Origin: Anaeromyxobacteraceae bacterium | Lineage (GTDB): Bacteria > Myxococcota > Myxococcia > Myxococcales > Anaeromyxobacteraceae | Reading direction: 5' to 3' | DNA: 64,000 nt | Assembly (NCBI GenBank): GCA_032654565.1 | Contig: JAULAX010000017.1 | Location: 192,001-256,000 of the forward strand | Shown here: positions 1 to 21,167 of the stretch, one piece after another | Position numbering within the stretch: position 1 is the stretch's first letter | How the letters are laid out: every line of letters starts with the position of its first letter | The notes under the pieces: model-generated | Seen by the model: the letters and a program-made list of their open reading frames with translations, nothing else | The model's database searches: none | Told to the model about the DNA's origin: nothing | Position numbers and translations under genes: made by a program

Positions 1-260
1 GAGACGAAGGTGCCGTCGCCGCCGCCGGTGAAGACCGTCTGGTAGCGGCGGGCCACCACCCAGTCGGCGATCTCGGCCGCCTCCTCCTCGCTGTGGGAGA
101 GGAAGAGGTCCTCCCGCGGGACGATGAGGCCGAGGGTCCGCAGCACGCCCGGGTTGACCGACCTGGCCCGGGCGTTGAGCAGCACCGCCACCCCACGCGG
201 AGGGGCGTGGAGCTGGAGGGGAGCCTGGAGCTGTTCGGCGCTGGCGACGAGGTGGATCAT
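1..260 (-). CDS. Diacylglycerol/lipid kinase family protein, N-terminal part (runs off window)
   Basis: Manual translation from ATG 260: MIHLVASAEQ...VAVLLNARARSVN...YQTVFTGGGDGTFV. GGGDGT is the DAGK-family ATP-binding motif. Not in the ORF track. Confidence 0.75.
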   Translation of the reverse strand, partial: MIHLVASAEQLQAPLQLHAPPRGVAVLLNARARSVNPGVLRTLGLIVPREDLFLSHSEEEAAEIADWVVARRYQTVFTGGGDGTFV

Positions 261-323
261 TCAATCCCCGGAAGAGAGACCTGGCTCGATGAAAGCGACC
301 TGACAGCGTTGTCCTGTCACTTG

Positions 324-339
324 AGCAAGCGATATGCCA
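324..339 (-). promoter_or_regulatory. Putative sigma-54 -24/-12 promoter of the lipid kinase gene
   Basis: Minus strand TGGCATATCGCTTGCT (GG-N10-GC; consensus TGGCACG-N4-TTGCW), about 65 nt upstream of ATG 260. Confidence 0.65.
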
Positions 340-486
340 CGCTGCGTCAGCTCCCGGGCCGAGTGAATTCAAGGCGATAGCGCCACGCCCCGGATGGTGC
401 GTCTTCCGCGAGGCGTGAAGCGCGGGTGACGACCGCGAAGCGGGCTACGCACCCGAGGGGGACCGGACAAAGCCGATGGCACGCGT

Positions 487-514
487 TTGACACGTCCCCA
501 CGGGTGCTTAGGTT
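487..514 (+). promoter_or_regulatory. Putative sigma-70 promoter of dnaK
   Basis: TTGACA(487-492)-N16-TAGGTT(509-514); AGGAGG RBS before ATG 542. Confidence 0.45.
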
Positions 515-541
515 GCCGTCGACCAGGAGGGTCTCGGACAC

Positions 542-2437
<1,896 letters not shown>

Positions 2438-2503
2438 CCGCCTCGTCAGCAGGTCCGCGGCCCGCGCTCGCTTTCGGCGGGCGCGGGCCGTACCATTTCA
2501 GCC

Positions 2504-3385
2504 GTGCGCCTCGTCATCCTCTCCCGGTCGGCCCGCATCCACAGCACCGCCCGGCTGGTGACGGCGGCCCGCGCCGCCGGCCACTCGGTGCGGGTGGTCG
2601 ATCCGCTGGCGGTGGAGCTGGGGCTGGGGGCGCCCGGCCCGTGGCTGCGCTGGCGGGGGGCGAAGTTCCCCCGCGCCGACGTGGTCGTCCCCCGCATCGG
2701 CGTCTCCATCCACCAGTACGGCGTCTCGGTGGTGAAGCAGCTGGAGCTGGCCGGGATCCCGGTGCTCAACGGCGCCGCCGCCATCGAGGCCAGCCGCCAC
2801 AAGATGCGCAGCCTGCAGCTGCTGGCGGCCGCCGGGCTGCCGGTGCCGCGCACGGTGATGGCCAGCGGCCCGCGCGGCCTGGCCGGCCTGGTGGAGCGGG
2901 TGGGCGGGGTGCCGGTCCTGCTCAAGGTGCTCACCGCCGACGGCAAGGGCGGGGTGATGGTCTGCGAGAGCCTGCAGTCGCTGGAGGCGGCCCTGGAGGC
3001 GGTCCACGGGCTGGGCAAGGACCTGGTGGTGCAGCAGTACCTGCGCGGCGGCAGGGGGCGGGACCTGCGGGCGCTGGTGGTGGGCGGCCGGGTGGTGGCG
3101 GCGCTGCGCCGGCGGGCCGCGGCCGGCCGCTTCGCGCGGACGCTGCGCCGGGGGGCCCGCTTCGACGCCGTGGCGCTGCCGGCCCGCCACGCCGCGGTGG
3201 CCGCCGAGGCGGCCCGGGTGCTCGACCTGCGCTTCTGTGCCGTGGACATGCTGGACGAGAAGGACGGGCCGCTGGTCTTCGAGGTCAACGCCTCCCCCTC
3301 GATCCGCGAGGCCGAGGCCGCCTGCGGGGTCGACGTGGCGGCGCTGGTGGTGGGCTGCGCCGAGGGGCTCACCCGGCCCGGGTGA
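2504..3385 (+). CDS. rimK: RimK-family ATP-grasp alpha-L-glutamate ligase
   Basis: ILSRS..IHSTARL, VVPRIG, DLRALVVGGRVVAA, AVDML, FEVNASP. Confidence 0.8.
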   Translation: MRLVILSRSARIHSTARLVTAARAAGHSVRVVDPLAVELGLGAPGPWLRWRGAKFPRADVVVPRIGVSIHQYGVSVVKQLELAGIPVLNGAAAIEASRHKMRSLQLLAAAGLPVPRTVMASGPRGLAGLVERVGGVPVLLKVLTADGKGGVMVCESLQSLEAALEAVHGLGKDLVVQQYLRGGRGRDLRALVVGGRVVAALRRRAAAGRFARTLRRGARFDAVALPARHAAVAAEAARVLDLRFCAVDMLDEKDGPLVFEVNASPSIREAEAACGVDVAALVVGCAEGLTRPG

Positions 3386-3388
3386 AGC

Positions 3389-4982
3389 GGGCGCACGATC
3401 AGATTGAGCAGCGGTCTGTGTCCCTGGTGCCGTAGCGGGCGTACTCGAAATGGTCGCGGCCGCCGTGGTTCGCGCGGGGCCGGGTGGCCGTGGCGTGGTG
3501 GGCGCGGCGAATGGCGGCGTAGAAGCGGCGGGCGCCGCCGGTGCGGTAGGCGGCGCGCAGGCGGGCCATGCGGCGGGCGTTGTGGATGGCCCAGCGCTGG
3601 CCGGCCCGCTTCATGCGGGTCTGGAGCACGTGGCGGTGGGCGCTCTCGATGGCGCCGCTGCCGATGGGGAAGCCGTTGGCCCGGTACAGGGCGTACTTCA
3701 TCCGGTAGGCGTTGGTCCGGTAGTAGCCGATTAGGTTCTCGACCGCGTCGAGGGACTCCCGCTGGTTCCGCCTTGGGATGTACTCCAGGCAGTCCATCAA
3801 CTCGCTGATGACGGCCGGGATGTTGCCCGTCGACAGCAACGCCTCGGCACGGCACTGCCACAGCGGCAGCCAGGGACTCTCCTCGCCCAGCAACACGCGG
3901 CCGCACTCCACTGCGTGCTCCACGGCGTGGTGCCAGTCGAGGATCTGCACCGCATCCGGCGAGAGCTGCTCGGCCAGCGTCCAGTTGCAGGCCGCGCCGT
4001 CGCCCAGCCAGATCACCACGCCGGCCTCGTCGATCCGCTCGGCTTGGAGCAGCTCCTCCAGCACCGGCGAGAAGTTCCCGAGGCCGCCCACCACCGCGGC
4101 ATAGCGGGCCGTTCCCGGCATCGGCTCGTTCACGGCGACATCGTGCCGGTAGGTCACGCCCACCTTGGCCTCCTTCCACGCCTCGGCGCCGCGGATCGGC
4201 AGCATGCTGCCGTCCACTTCGATCACCAGAGCATTCGGGGCAGCGCCCTTGGGCTTCAGCTCCTCCTGCAGGTAGAGCTGGTCGGCCGCCTCGCACTGCG
4301 CGCCCACCCGCGTCACCACGCGGCGGAGCAGGTTCTCCGAGATCGGCTCGGCGTAGTGCAGGCTCCAGCGGGCCGCGCACTCGCCGTAGACGTCGTTCAC
4401 CGCGAAGTCGAGCACTCGCTTCTCAATCTCGCTGGTCAGCTCGCCCTCCTCGGGCAGGTCGAGCATGCGATCCACCGGGTAGAAGCCGTACTGGCACGTC
4501 TCGCAGTAGTGGTAGTTGCGCCTGAACGTCACCGGGCCGGCCAGGCTCCGCGCCGTCCGCTCGCGGTCACGGGCCTTCACCGCCACCCGCTTGCCGCACT
4601 TCGGGCAGGCCTTCGCCGTCGGCTTCTCCGGCTTCATCCGCGAGAGCATCAGCGCGATGGACGGCTCCCGGTCATCCCGGGTCGCCTTCTCCACCGAGAG
4701 CTCCATCTCGCTCATCGTCATCCCTTCGTGGAAGTGCTTGTCCGCATGCCGCCGGGCGAGCTCCTCGACGAGGTCCTTCTCCGAGAACTGCTTCAGTGCG
4801 CGCTTTCGGGCCATGCCCGAAAAAGATCATGCCCGGGCCAACCTGTCGATCTCCCGTACCGGGAGCGGGCAGCCCGCACCCCGGCCCCGATCACCCGGCC
4901 GGGCCAAGCCCGCAGACCGATGGGGCTTTCCCCGCGCCCCGGATCGGCCGCCAAAGAGATTCCTCAACTCGGGCGTGCGCCC
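3389..4982 (-). mobile_element. Insertion sequence (ISKra4/IS256-like), 1594 bp, with imperfect TIRs and 9-bp target duplication
   Basis: Left end GGGCGCACGATCAGATTGAG versus reverse-complemented right end GGGCGCACGCCCGAGTTGAG (15/20); flanking direct repeat GGGTGAAGC at 3380-3388 and 4983-4991. Confidence 0.9.
3399..4814 (-). CDS. DDE transposase, ISKra4-like family
   Basis: CPKCG...YCETC zinc ribbon, EVDGSM, LGDGA, ILDWHHA, PIGSGAIESAHRHVLQTRMKRAGQRW. Confidence 0.9.
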   Translation of the reverse strand: MARKRALKQFSEKDLVEELARRHADKHFHEGMTMSEMELSVEKATRDDREPSIALMLSRMKPEKPTAKACPKCGKRVAVKARDRERTARSLAGPVTFRRNYHYCETCQYGFYPVDRMLDLPEEGELTSEIEKRVLDFAVNDVYGECAARWSLHYAEPISENLLRRVVTRVGAQCEAADQLYLQEELKPKGAAPNALVIEVDGSMLPIRGAEAWKEAKVGVTYRHDVAVNEPMPGTARYAAVVGGLGNFSPVLEELLQAERIDEAGVVIWLGDGAACNWTLAEQLSPDAVQILDWHHAVEHAVECGRVLLGEESPWLPLWQCRAEALLSTGNIPAVISELMDCLEYIPRRNQRESLDAVENLIGYYRTNAYRMKYALYRANGFPIGSGAIESAHRHVLQTRMKRAGQRWAIHNARRMARLRAAYRTGGARRFYAAIRRAHHATATRPRANHGGRDHFEYARYGTRDTDRCSI

Positions 4983-5047
4983 GGGTGAAGCGTTGGTCAG
5001 CCCCGTCCGTCCCTGCTAAGGAGAGGCTTCCCAAGGAGGTCCACCGC

Positions 5048-5485
5048 ATGCGCACCGCCCTCGCCCTTGCCGCCGCCGTCGTCGCCCTCGCCGGGCTGGC
5101 CCCCTCTGCCGTCGCCGCGGCCGATCCCGCCGCCGACGTGGCCAAGAGCTACACGGTGCGGGCCGCCGCCGAGCCGGCCACGCTCAGGTCGGGGGGCGCC
5201 GGCACCATCACCCTGGCCATCGCGCCGACCGGCGCCGTCCACGTCGATCCCAAGGCGCCCATCAAGATCTCGCTGCAGGCCAGCCCGGGGCTGGCCCTCG
5301 CCAAGGCCCAGCTGGGGCGGGCCGAGGCGGTGCCGGCCGGAGCCGGCGTCACCTTCGCCGCCCCGTTCACCGCCACCGCCGCCGGAAAGCAGGAGGTGAA
5401 GGCGAAGCTCGACTTCTTCCTCTGCACCGACCAGTGGTGCGTCAAGCAGGTCCGCGAGCTCACCGTGGCGGTCGACGTCAAGTGA
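5048..5485 (+). CDS. Exported protein with C-x4-C motif (DsbD N-terminal-like beta-sandwich)
   Basis: AAGGAGG RBS, signal peptide MRTALALAAAVV..., HVDPKAP, C-terminal FLCTDQWC. Confidence 0.6.
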   Translation: MRTALALAAAVVALAGLAPSAVAAADPAADVAKSYTVRAAAEPATLRSGGAGTITLAIAPTGAVHVDPKAPIKISLQASPGLALAKAQLGRAEAVPAGAGVTFAAPFTATAAGKQEVKAKLDFFLCTDQWCVKQVRELTVAVDVK

Positions 5486-6255
5486 GGAAGGGCGACGGCA
5501 GGAAGGCCGACGGACCGACCCGGCTCATCTACGGCGTCAACCCGGTGAAGGAGCTGCTGCGCGGCGGCGGCGAGGGGCTGGCCGAGCTCTGGCTGGCCGA
5601 AGGGGCCCGCTCACCGTCGGTGGCGGAGCTGGAGCGGGGGGCGCGCGAGGCCGGGGCCAGGGTCAAGCACGCCCCGCGCCAGACGCTCGACCGGCTGGCC
5701 GGGGTCGACCGGCACCAGGGGGTGGTGGCGGTCCTGGAAGGGGCCTACCGGTATGCCGAGGTGGCCGACCTGCTGGAGGCGGCCCGGGTCGCCGGAGAGT
5801 CCCCCTTGCTGGTCATCCTCGATGGGGTGGAGGACCCGCAGCACCTCGGCGCCATCATCCGCTCGGCGGTCGCCTTCGGCGCCCACGGGGTGGTCATCCC
5901 GCGGGACCGGGCCGTGGGGGTGACCGCTGCCGTGGTCAAGGCCTCGGCCGGGGTCATCGCCCGCTGCCAGGTGGCCCGCGTGGTCAACGTAGCCAGAACC
6001 ATTGAGGAATTGAAGGCGGTCGGGGTCTGGTCGGTCGCCCTGGCCGCCGATGGCGACAAGGAGCTGGGCCAGCTCGACCTGAAGGGGCCGACCGCCCTCG
6101 TCATGGGGAGCGAGGGGGAGGGGATTCGCCCCCTCGTTCGGAGGAACTGCGACCATGGTGGGCGCATCGGGATGGTGGGCCAGGTGGAGAGCCTGAGCGT
6201 CTCCGCGGCAGCCTCGGTGGCCCTCTACGAGGTGGCCCGCCAACGCCGGGGATAG
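5482..6255 (+). CDS. rlmB: 23S rRNA (Gm2251) methyltransferase, SPOUT family
   Basis: IYGVNPVKELL, HQGVVA, LDGVEDPQHLGAIIRSA, MGSEGEG, ESLSVSAA; GTG start overlaps the upstream stop. Confidence 0.9.
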   Translation: MRKGDGRKADGPTRLIYGVNPVKELLRGGGEGLAELWLAEGARSPSVAELERGAREAGARVKHAPRQTLDRLAGVDRHQGVVAVLEGAYRYAEVADLLEAARVAGESPLLVILDGVEDPQHLGAIIRSAVAFGAHGVVIPRDRAVGVTAAVVKASAGVIARCQVARVVNVARTIEELKAVGVWSVALAADGDKELGQLDLKGPTALVMGSEGEGIRPLVRRNCDHGGRIGMVGQVESLSVSAAASVALYEVARQRRG

Positions 6256-6284
6256 AGGGGTGATTCCGAGGTCACGCCGGTCGC

Positions 6285-6313
6285 TTGACAGCCGATCCCC
6301 CTTCGTCTAAAAG
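6285..6313 (+). promoter_or_regulatory. Putative sigma-70 promoter of the tRNA-tuf operon
   Basis: TTGACA-N17-TAAAAG upstream of tRNA-Thr. Confidence 0.55.
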
Positions 6314-6392
6314 ACGCGGCTCCACTCGGGACGGGTGGAGCTTGTCGCACGGAGCACCGCAGGCGCGTTTTCGAAGACTTCCGAAGGGTTGG

Positions 6393-6468
6393 GCTGGCGT
6401 AGCTCAGTTGGCAGAGCAGCTGCCTTGTAAGCAGCAGGTCGCGGGTTCGACTCCCACCGCCAGCTCCA
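6393..6468 (+). tRNA. tRNA-Thr(TGT)
   Basis: Cloverleaf GCTGGCG...CGCCAGC-TCCA, anticodon loop CTTGTAA, GTTCGAC T-loop. Confidence 0.97.
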
Positions 6469-6504
6469 GGTCGTGGGACGAGAGACGTCGAACGAGAAAT
6501 ATCC

Positions 6505-6590
6505 GGAGGGGTTCCCGAGCGGCCAAAGGGAGCAGACTGTAAATCTGCCGGTTCACGCCTTCGGTGGTTCAAATCCACCCCCCTCCACCA
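6505..6590 (+). tRNA. tRNA-Tyr(GTA)
   Basis: GGAGGGG...CCCCTCC-ACCA, anticodon loop CTGTAAA, long variable arm. Confidence 0.97.
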
Positions 6591-6655
6591 CACTTACCGT
6601 CACCATCGCAGCAACGGAGAATCAAGCCACGCTGGGCCGGAAGGGCAGCGAGTCT

Positions 6656-6732
<77 letters not shown>

Positions 6733-6758
6733 GTGAGGTCAAGGTCGTCGAAAGGTAA

Positions 6759-6834
<76 letters not shown>

Positions 6835-6892
6835 GCATCACGCAGCAGCGTCGCAGGTCACCGCATCGAAGCGCCGTCACCGGGAGCGCACC

Positions 6893-8083
<1,191 letters not shown>

Positions 8084-8113
8084 TTCACTCGCCGAACGGC
8101 GACGGGAGCAGTC

Positions 8114-8272
8114 ATGGCAGGCAGCCGAAGCATCATCTCGATGGAGTGCTCCAAGTGCAAGGAGCGCAACTACTCCACCACCAAGAACAAGAAGAAGACG
8201 CAAGACAAGCTCAACCTCTCCAAGTTCTGCCCGCGCTGTCGCAAGCACGAGCTGCACAAGGAGACGAAGTAG
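8114..8272 (+). CDS. rpmG: 50S ribosomal protein L33 (Zn-ribbon C+ form)
   Basis: Manual translation [52 protein letters not shown]; not in the ORF track. Confidence 0.95.
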   Translation: MAGSRSIISMECSKCKERNYSTTKNKKKTQDKLNLSKFCPRCRKHELHKETK

Positions 8273-8287
8273 TCTCGCGAAGAAGTT

Positions 8288-8364
8288 AGGCGAGTAGCTC
8301 CAACGGCTAGAGCAGCGGTCTCCAAAACCGCGGGTTGTGGGTTCGAATCCCTCCTCGCCTGCCA
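8288..8364 (+). tRNA. tRNA-Trp(CCA)
   Basis: AGGCGAG...CTCGCCT-GCCA, anticodon loop CTCCAAA; canonical position before secE. Confidence 0.96.
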
Positions 8365-8426
8365 CCACACCTGGGGAGTCGGGGCCGCTGCGGCGGCCAC
8401 CTCACCCCGAGAAGGCCCGAAGCGCC

Positions 8427-8822
8427 ATGGACAATGCAAGCGGCGTAGAACAGCCCAAGCGGTACGTCGCGATCTTCTATGTCCTCGCGGCCATCGCCCT
8501 GGCGAAGTTCTTCGAGAAGATCAGCGCGCTGGTCTTCTCCTATGTTCGCTTCAACGACGCCACCATCCTGGTGGAGGGCTGGACGCTCTCGACCCTGATC
8601 GGCTTCGTGCTGGCGGCGGCGCTGGCGGTGGTGGTGTGGCGGGTCCCGAGGACCCAGGCGGTGTCGCTGGAGATCGCCCTGGAGCTGAAGCGGGTCACCT
8701 GGCCGAGCATGCGGGAGACGCGGGCCTCGACGGTGGCGGTGGTGGTGGCCAGCTTCATCGCCGCCATGGTGCTGGGGGTCTTCGACTTCATCTGGGGCCG
8801 GCTCAGCGCCCTGGTCTACTAG
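8427..8822 (+). CDS. secE: Preprotein translocase subunit SecE (3-TM form)
   Basis: ELKRVTWPSMRETRAST motif; lies between tRNA-Trp and nusG. Confidence 0.93.
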   Translation: MDNASGVEQPKRYVAIFYVLAAIALAKFFEKISALVFSYVRFNDATILVEGWTLSTLIGFVLAAALAVVVWRVPRTQAVSLEIALELKRVTWPSMRETRASTVAVVVASFIAAMVLGVFDFIWGRLSALVY

Positions 8823-8907
8823 GGGCGGAGGGCGGTTCGGGGTCGTCGGGCGCAGGGGCAGGGCGTCAACCCGGGGTGGGCGGCGCGTCGACGGAACGGA
8901 GAGCGGC

Positions 8908-9447
8908 ATGGCGAAGAAGTGGTACGTGGTCCACACCTACTCGGGCTTCGAGAACAAGGTGAAGAAGTCCCTGGAGGAGCGCGTCAAGCAGGGCGCGCTC
9001 CAGGACTTCTTCGGCGAGGTCTTGATCCCCATGGAGGTGGTCCAGGAGATGGTCAAGGGGGAGAAGAAGACTTCCAAGCGGAAGTTCTTCCCCGGCTACA
9101 TCCTGGTCAACATGGAGATGACCGACACCACCTGGCACCTCGTCAAGGGGACGGCCAAGGTGACCGGCTTCGTCGGCTCCGCCAAGAACCCCAAGGACGT
9201 GCCCTCCATCACCGACGCCGAGGTCTCCCGCCTGACGGCGCAGATCTCCGAGGGATCGCTCAAGCCGAAGCCCAAGGTGCAGTTCGAGGAGGGCGACCAG
9301 GTCCGCGTCATCGACGGCCCCTTCTCCAACTTCAACGGCTCGGTCGAGGAAGTGAAGCCCGAGAAGGGCAAGGTCCGGGTGCTGGTCTCCATCTTCGGCC
9401 GGGCCACCCCGGTCGAGCTCGACTTCATGCAGGTGGAAAAGACCTAA
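8908..9447 (+). CDS. nusG: Transcription antitermination factor NusG
   Basis: [33 protein letters not shown]. Confidence 0.98.
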   Translation: MAKKWYVVHTYSGFENKVKKSLEERVKQGALQDFFGEVLIPMEVVQEMVKGEKKTSKRKFFPGYILVNMEMTDTTWHLVKGTAKVTGFVGSAKNPKDVPSITDAEVSRLTAQISEGSLKPKPKVQFEEGDQVRVIDGPFSNFNGSVEEVKPEKGKVRVLVSIFGRATPVELDFMQVEKT

Positions 9448-9582
9448 TCGCGCGGCCTTCAGGCCGCGCAACCCCGCGACGCAGCGGGTGATGTCGAAGT
9501 CGCAGTTCACAGCGCGTGGAAGGGCGACCCGCCCGATAGACCACGCAGGGCCATTCGCACCGGCCCGGAAGGAAGGCACGAC

Positions 9583-10029
9583 GTGAAGAAGATCACAGGT
9601 CAGATCAAGCTGCAGCTCCCGGCCGGCAAGGCCAACCCGGCGCCGCCGGTCGGCCCGGCGCTCGGCCAGCACGGCGTCAACATCATGGAGTTCTGCAAGC
9701 AGTTCAACGCCGCCACCCAGCCGCAGGCCAAGGAAGGCCTGATCATCCCGGTGATCATCACCGTGTACGCGGACCGCTCCTTCACCTTCCTGCTCAAGAC
9801 GCCGCCGGCGGCGGTGCTGCTCAAGAAGGCGGCCGGCCTGCACACCGAGAAGAAGAAGGGCTCGGGCGCGCACAAGCCCGGCAAGGAGAAGGTCGGCCAG
9901 GTGACCAAGAAGAAGGTCGAGGAGATCGCCAAGCTGAAGATGCAGGACATGACGGCGGGCAGCCTCGAGGCCGCGATGCGGACCATCGAAGGCACCGCGC
10001 GCTCCATGGGCATCGACATCGTCGGCTAA
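9583..10029 (+). CDS. rplK: 50S ribosomal protein L11
   Basis: [26 protein letters not shown] start. Confidence 0.98.
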   Translation: MKKITGQIKLQLPAGKANPAPPVGPALGQHGVNIMEFCKQFNAATQPQAKEGLIIPVIITVYADRSFTFLLKTPPAAVLLKKAAGLHTEKKKGSGAHKPGKEKVGQVTKKKVEEIAKLKMQDMTAGSLEAAMRTIEGTARSMGIDIVG

Positions 10030-10055
10030 CGCCGCCTTCAGCGAGGAACGACCAC

Positions 10056-10760
10056 ATGGCTCACATTGCGAAGAAGTACAAGGCCGCGGCCACCAAGGTG
10101 GACCGCAACAAGCGCTACAAGCTCGACGACGCCCTCAAGCTGGTGAAGGAGACGGCCACCAAGAAGTTCGACGAGACCGTCGACGCCGCCATCAACCTCG
10201 GGGTCGACCCCAAGCACGCCGACCAGGTGGTGCGCGGCGCCGTGGTGCTGCCGCACGGCATGGGCAAGGCGGTCCGCCTGGCGGTCTTCGCCAAGGGTGA
10301 CAAGGCCAAGGAGGCCACCGACGCCGGGGCCGACATCGTCGGCGCCGAGGACCTGGCCGAGAAGATCCAGGGCGGCTTCATGGACTTCGACAAGGTGCTG
10401 GCCACCCCGGACATGATGGGCGTGGTCGGCCGGCTCGGCAAGGTGCTCGGCCCGCGCGGCCTCATGCCCAACCCGAAGATCGGCACCGTCTCCGCCGACA
10501 TCGCCCGCGCCGTCAAGGAGCAGAAGGCCGGCAAGGTGGAGTTCCGGGTCGAGAAGGCCGGCATCGTCCACGTGCCGTTCGGCAAGGCCTCCTTCGACGC
10601 CGAGAAGCTCAAGGCCAACTTCCAGGCCATCATGGAGCTGGTCTTCAAGGCCAAGCCCCAGACCGCCAAGGGCGTCTACCTGAAGAACGTCACCGTCTCC
10701 TGCACCATGGGCCCGGGCATCAAGCTGGACACCTCCGAGCTCTCGGCGCACCACGCCTAG
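10056..10760 (+). CDS. rplA: 50S ribosomal protein L1
   Basis: [25 protein letters not shown]. Confidence 0.98.
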   Translation: MAHIAKKYKAAATKVDRNKRYKLDDALKLVKETATKKFDETVDAAINLGVDPKHADQVVRGAVVLPHGMGKAVRLAVFAKGDKAKEATDAGADIVGAEDLAEKIQGGFMDFDKVLATPDMMGVVGRLGKVLGPRGLMPNPKIGTVSADIARAVKEQKAGKVEFRVEKAGIVHVPFGKASFDAEKLKANFQAIMELVFKAKPQTAKGVYLKNVTVSCTMGPGIKLDTSELSAHHA

Positions 10761-10834
10761 TCACGCGCTCCACCCGCCGGCATGTCGCCGGGCGGGAACG
10801 ATGTGCCCGGCGGCATGACGCCGCCGGGGATTCT

Positions 10835-10930
10835 GGTCCAAGACAGCGGGCCCGCCCGACCCCGAGTGCGAGTGGTCCAAGGGGGAGGGAGGCCAAGCGG
10901 AGCCGAGAGGCCCCGACCCGCCGAGACGGA
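10835..10930 (+). promoter_or_regulatory. L10 leader (rplJL autoregulatory RNA)
   Basis: GTCCAAGACAGCGGG...CCCGCCGAGACGG arms typical of L10 leaders, in the rplA-rplJ spacer. Confidence 0.65.
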
Positions 10931-11056
10931 ACCTGCATTGTCGTACGCAGCGTCCCCTGCTTGGCCAGGGGGTTTTGGTACCGGCCTTCGGCCGTCCCAA
11001 GCCCACGAACGAAGCCGCCGGCCCACAGCCGGCGGCATGGAAGGTGGTGAGTACAT

Positions 11057-11581
11057 TTGAACCGGACGGAAAAAGAAGAGGTCATCGCGGAGCTGCACGC
11101 CAAGATGGCCAAGGCCCGGACCGCCATCGTGGCGGAGCCCAGGGGTCTCGACGTGGAGACGGTCACCTCGCTGCGCAAGAAGCTGCGCGACGCCAAGGTG
11201 GAGTACCGCGTCGTGAAGAACACCCTCGCCGCGCGTGCTGCCAAGGGCACGCCGGTGGAGGCCATCGCCGACAAGTTCGTGGGGCCGACCGCGCTCGTCA
11301 TGTCGTACGACGACGTGGTGGCTCCCGCGAAGCTGCTCACGGAGTTCATGAAGGACCGTGAGAACTTCGCGATTCGCGGGGGCGTGGTGGAGGGGACGCT
11401 GATCGACGCCAAGGGCGTCGCGGCGCTCGCCAAGCTGCCAAGCCTCAACGAGCTGCGCGCGCAGATCCTGGGGATGCTGACCCAGCCTGCCACCAAGCTC
11501 GCGCGGATCATCGGCACCCCGGCCCAGCAGCTCGCCCGCGTGCTCGGTGCGCGGACGACCCAGCTGGAGAAGCAGTCCTAA
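11057..11581 (+). CDS. rplJ: 50S ribosomal protein L10
   Basis: RVVKNTLA, GPTA, LAKLPSLNELRA; TTG start. Confidence 0.96.
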   Translation: MNRTEKEEVIAELHAKMAKARTAIVAEPRGLDVETVTSLRKKLRDAKVEYRVVKNTLAARAAKGTPVEAIADKFVGPTALVMSYDDVVAPAKLLTEFMKDRENFAIRGGVVEGTLIDAKGVAALAKLPSLNELRAQILGMLTQPATKLARIIGTPAQQLARVLGARTTQLEKQS

Positions 11582-11677
11582 ACGGTACCTGAACCCGGGG
11601 TGCGCGAAGCGCGCCCCACTGAACGCTGCGGGGCTGGCCCGGAAGGCCTTCCCCGCCGAAGAAAAGGAAGAGGAATC

Positions 11678-12055
11678 ATGGCCGACTTGAATGCCATCGT
11701 GGAGCAGCTGTCCGGTCTCACCGTCATCCAGGCTGCCGAGCTGGTGAAGCAGCTCGAGCAGAAGTGGGGCGTCTCCGCCGCGGCCGCCGTGGCCGTGGCT
11801 GCTGGTCCGGCCGCTGCCGGCCCGGCCGCCGCCGCCGAGGAGAAGACCGAGTTCTCGGTCGTCCTCACCGACGCCGGCGCCAACAAGATCAACGTCATCA
11901 AGGAGGTCCGCGTGGTCACGGGCCTGGGCCTGAAGGAGGCCAAGGACCTGGTCGAGGCCGCCCCCAAGGAAGTCAAGGGTGGCGTCCCCAAGGCGGAGGC
12001 CGACGAGATCAAGAAGAAGCTCGAGGCCGCCGGCGCCAAGGTCGAGATCAAGTAG
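11678..12055 (+). CDS. rplL: 50S ribosomal protein L7/L12
   Basis: [26 protein letters not shown]. Confidence 0.98.
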   Translation: MADLNAIVEQLSGLTVIQAAELVKQLEQKWGVSAAAAVAVAAGPAAAGPAAAAEEKTEFSVVLTDAGANKINVIKEVRVVTGLGLKEAKDLVEAAPKEVKGGVPKAEADEIKKKLEAAGAKVEIK

Positions 12056-12069
12056 CGACGAAGTCTGGA

Positions 12070-12122
12070 GGCACGGGATGGATCGCGAGGTCCGTCCCGT
12101 GCCGCCACTCTCCTGGTTTTTT
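12070..12122 (+). terminator. Hairpin/attenuator between rplL and rpoB
   Basis: GGCACGGGATGGA...TCCGTCCCGTGCC stem, with a T-run about 13 nt downstream. Confidence 0.45.
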
Positions 12123-12271
12123 GACGCAGGGGTCAGGGCCCGTTAAGACCTGCCCCCCTGTCCAGTGAGCCAAGAGAGCGCGGCCTGACGGCCGGATGAA
12201 GTGGGGAGCCGGCCGCGAGGCTGGCTAGACGCTTTTCAGCAGCCTGATTCAGCGAAAGAGGTCCGTTCTCG

Positions 12272-16522
<4,251 letters not shown>

Positions 16523-16561
16523 TCAGCGTTCCAACGGAATCCGAGAAGCCCGGGAGTCGAC

Positions 16562-20752
<4,191 letters not shown>

Positions 20753-20790
20753 CCGGCCCGATCCGGGCGCCTCGTCGCCCCTGCTTGACC

Positions 20791-20831
20791 GAGAGATCCA
20801 GTCCCTGATGGGGCTGGATCTCTCTTTTTTT
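20791..20831 (+). terminator. Intrinsic terminator after rpoC
   Basis: GAGAGATCCAGTCCC-TGAT-GGGGCTGGATCTCTC followed by 7 T. Confidence 0.9.
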
Positions 20832-21167
20832 CATTACTCTGGGACGGGTGGGGGCGTCTCAACCTCTTGATTTGCCTCAAGCCTTGGACCGAGACCGAGT
20901 CCCGGTAGGTTGGACCGAGACTTGACGGCCGTCAAATCGCTGGACCAATTCGGTTCAGTTATGGCAAACGGGGATTGCCAACGGGCCAGCGATGAGCAGG
21001 TTCGAGGGACTCAGGAGGTCGGTAGGGGTGTTGAAGGATCGACCGAGAGGAAGTCGCAGTAGGCTAGTTGACTAAAACAGTCCAGATTGTTAGCTTGCAT
21101 CCGCTGAGCAGCCAGCACCGCACCCAGACCTGAAACCGGACCACAGCTCGGAAGAAAGGTGTACTCG

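Noticed and set aside
477..492. TGGCACG upstream of dnaK as a sigma-54 site or CIRCE
   Set aside because: No GC at the -12 position and no TTAGCACTC-N9-GAGTGCTAA
20962..20980. TGGCA...TTGC as a sigma-54 promoter
   Set aside because: GG-to-GC spacing is 12, not 10; kept only as a palindrome
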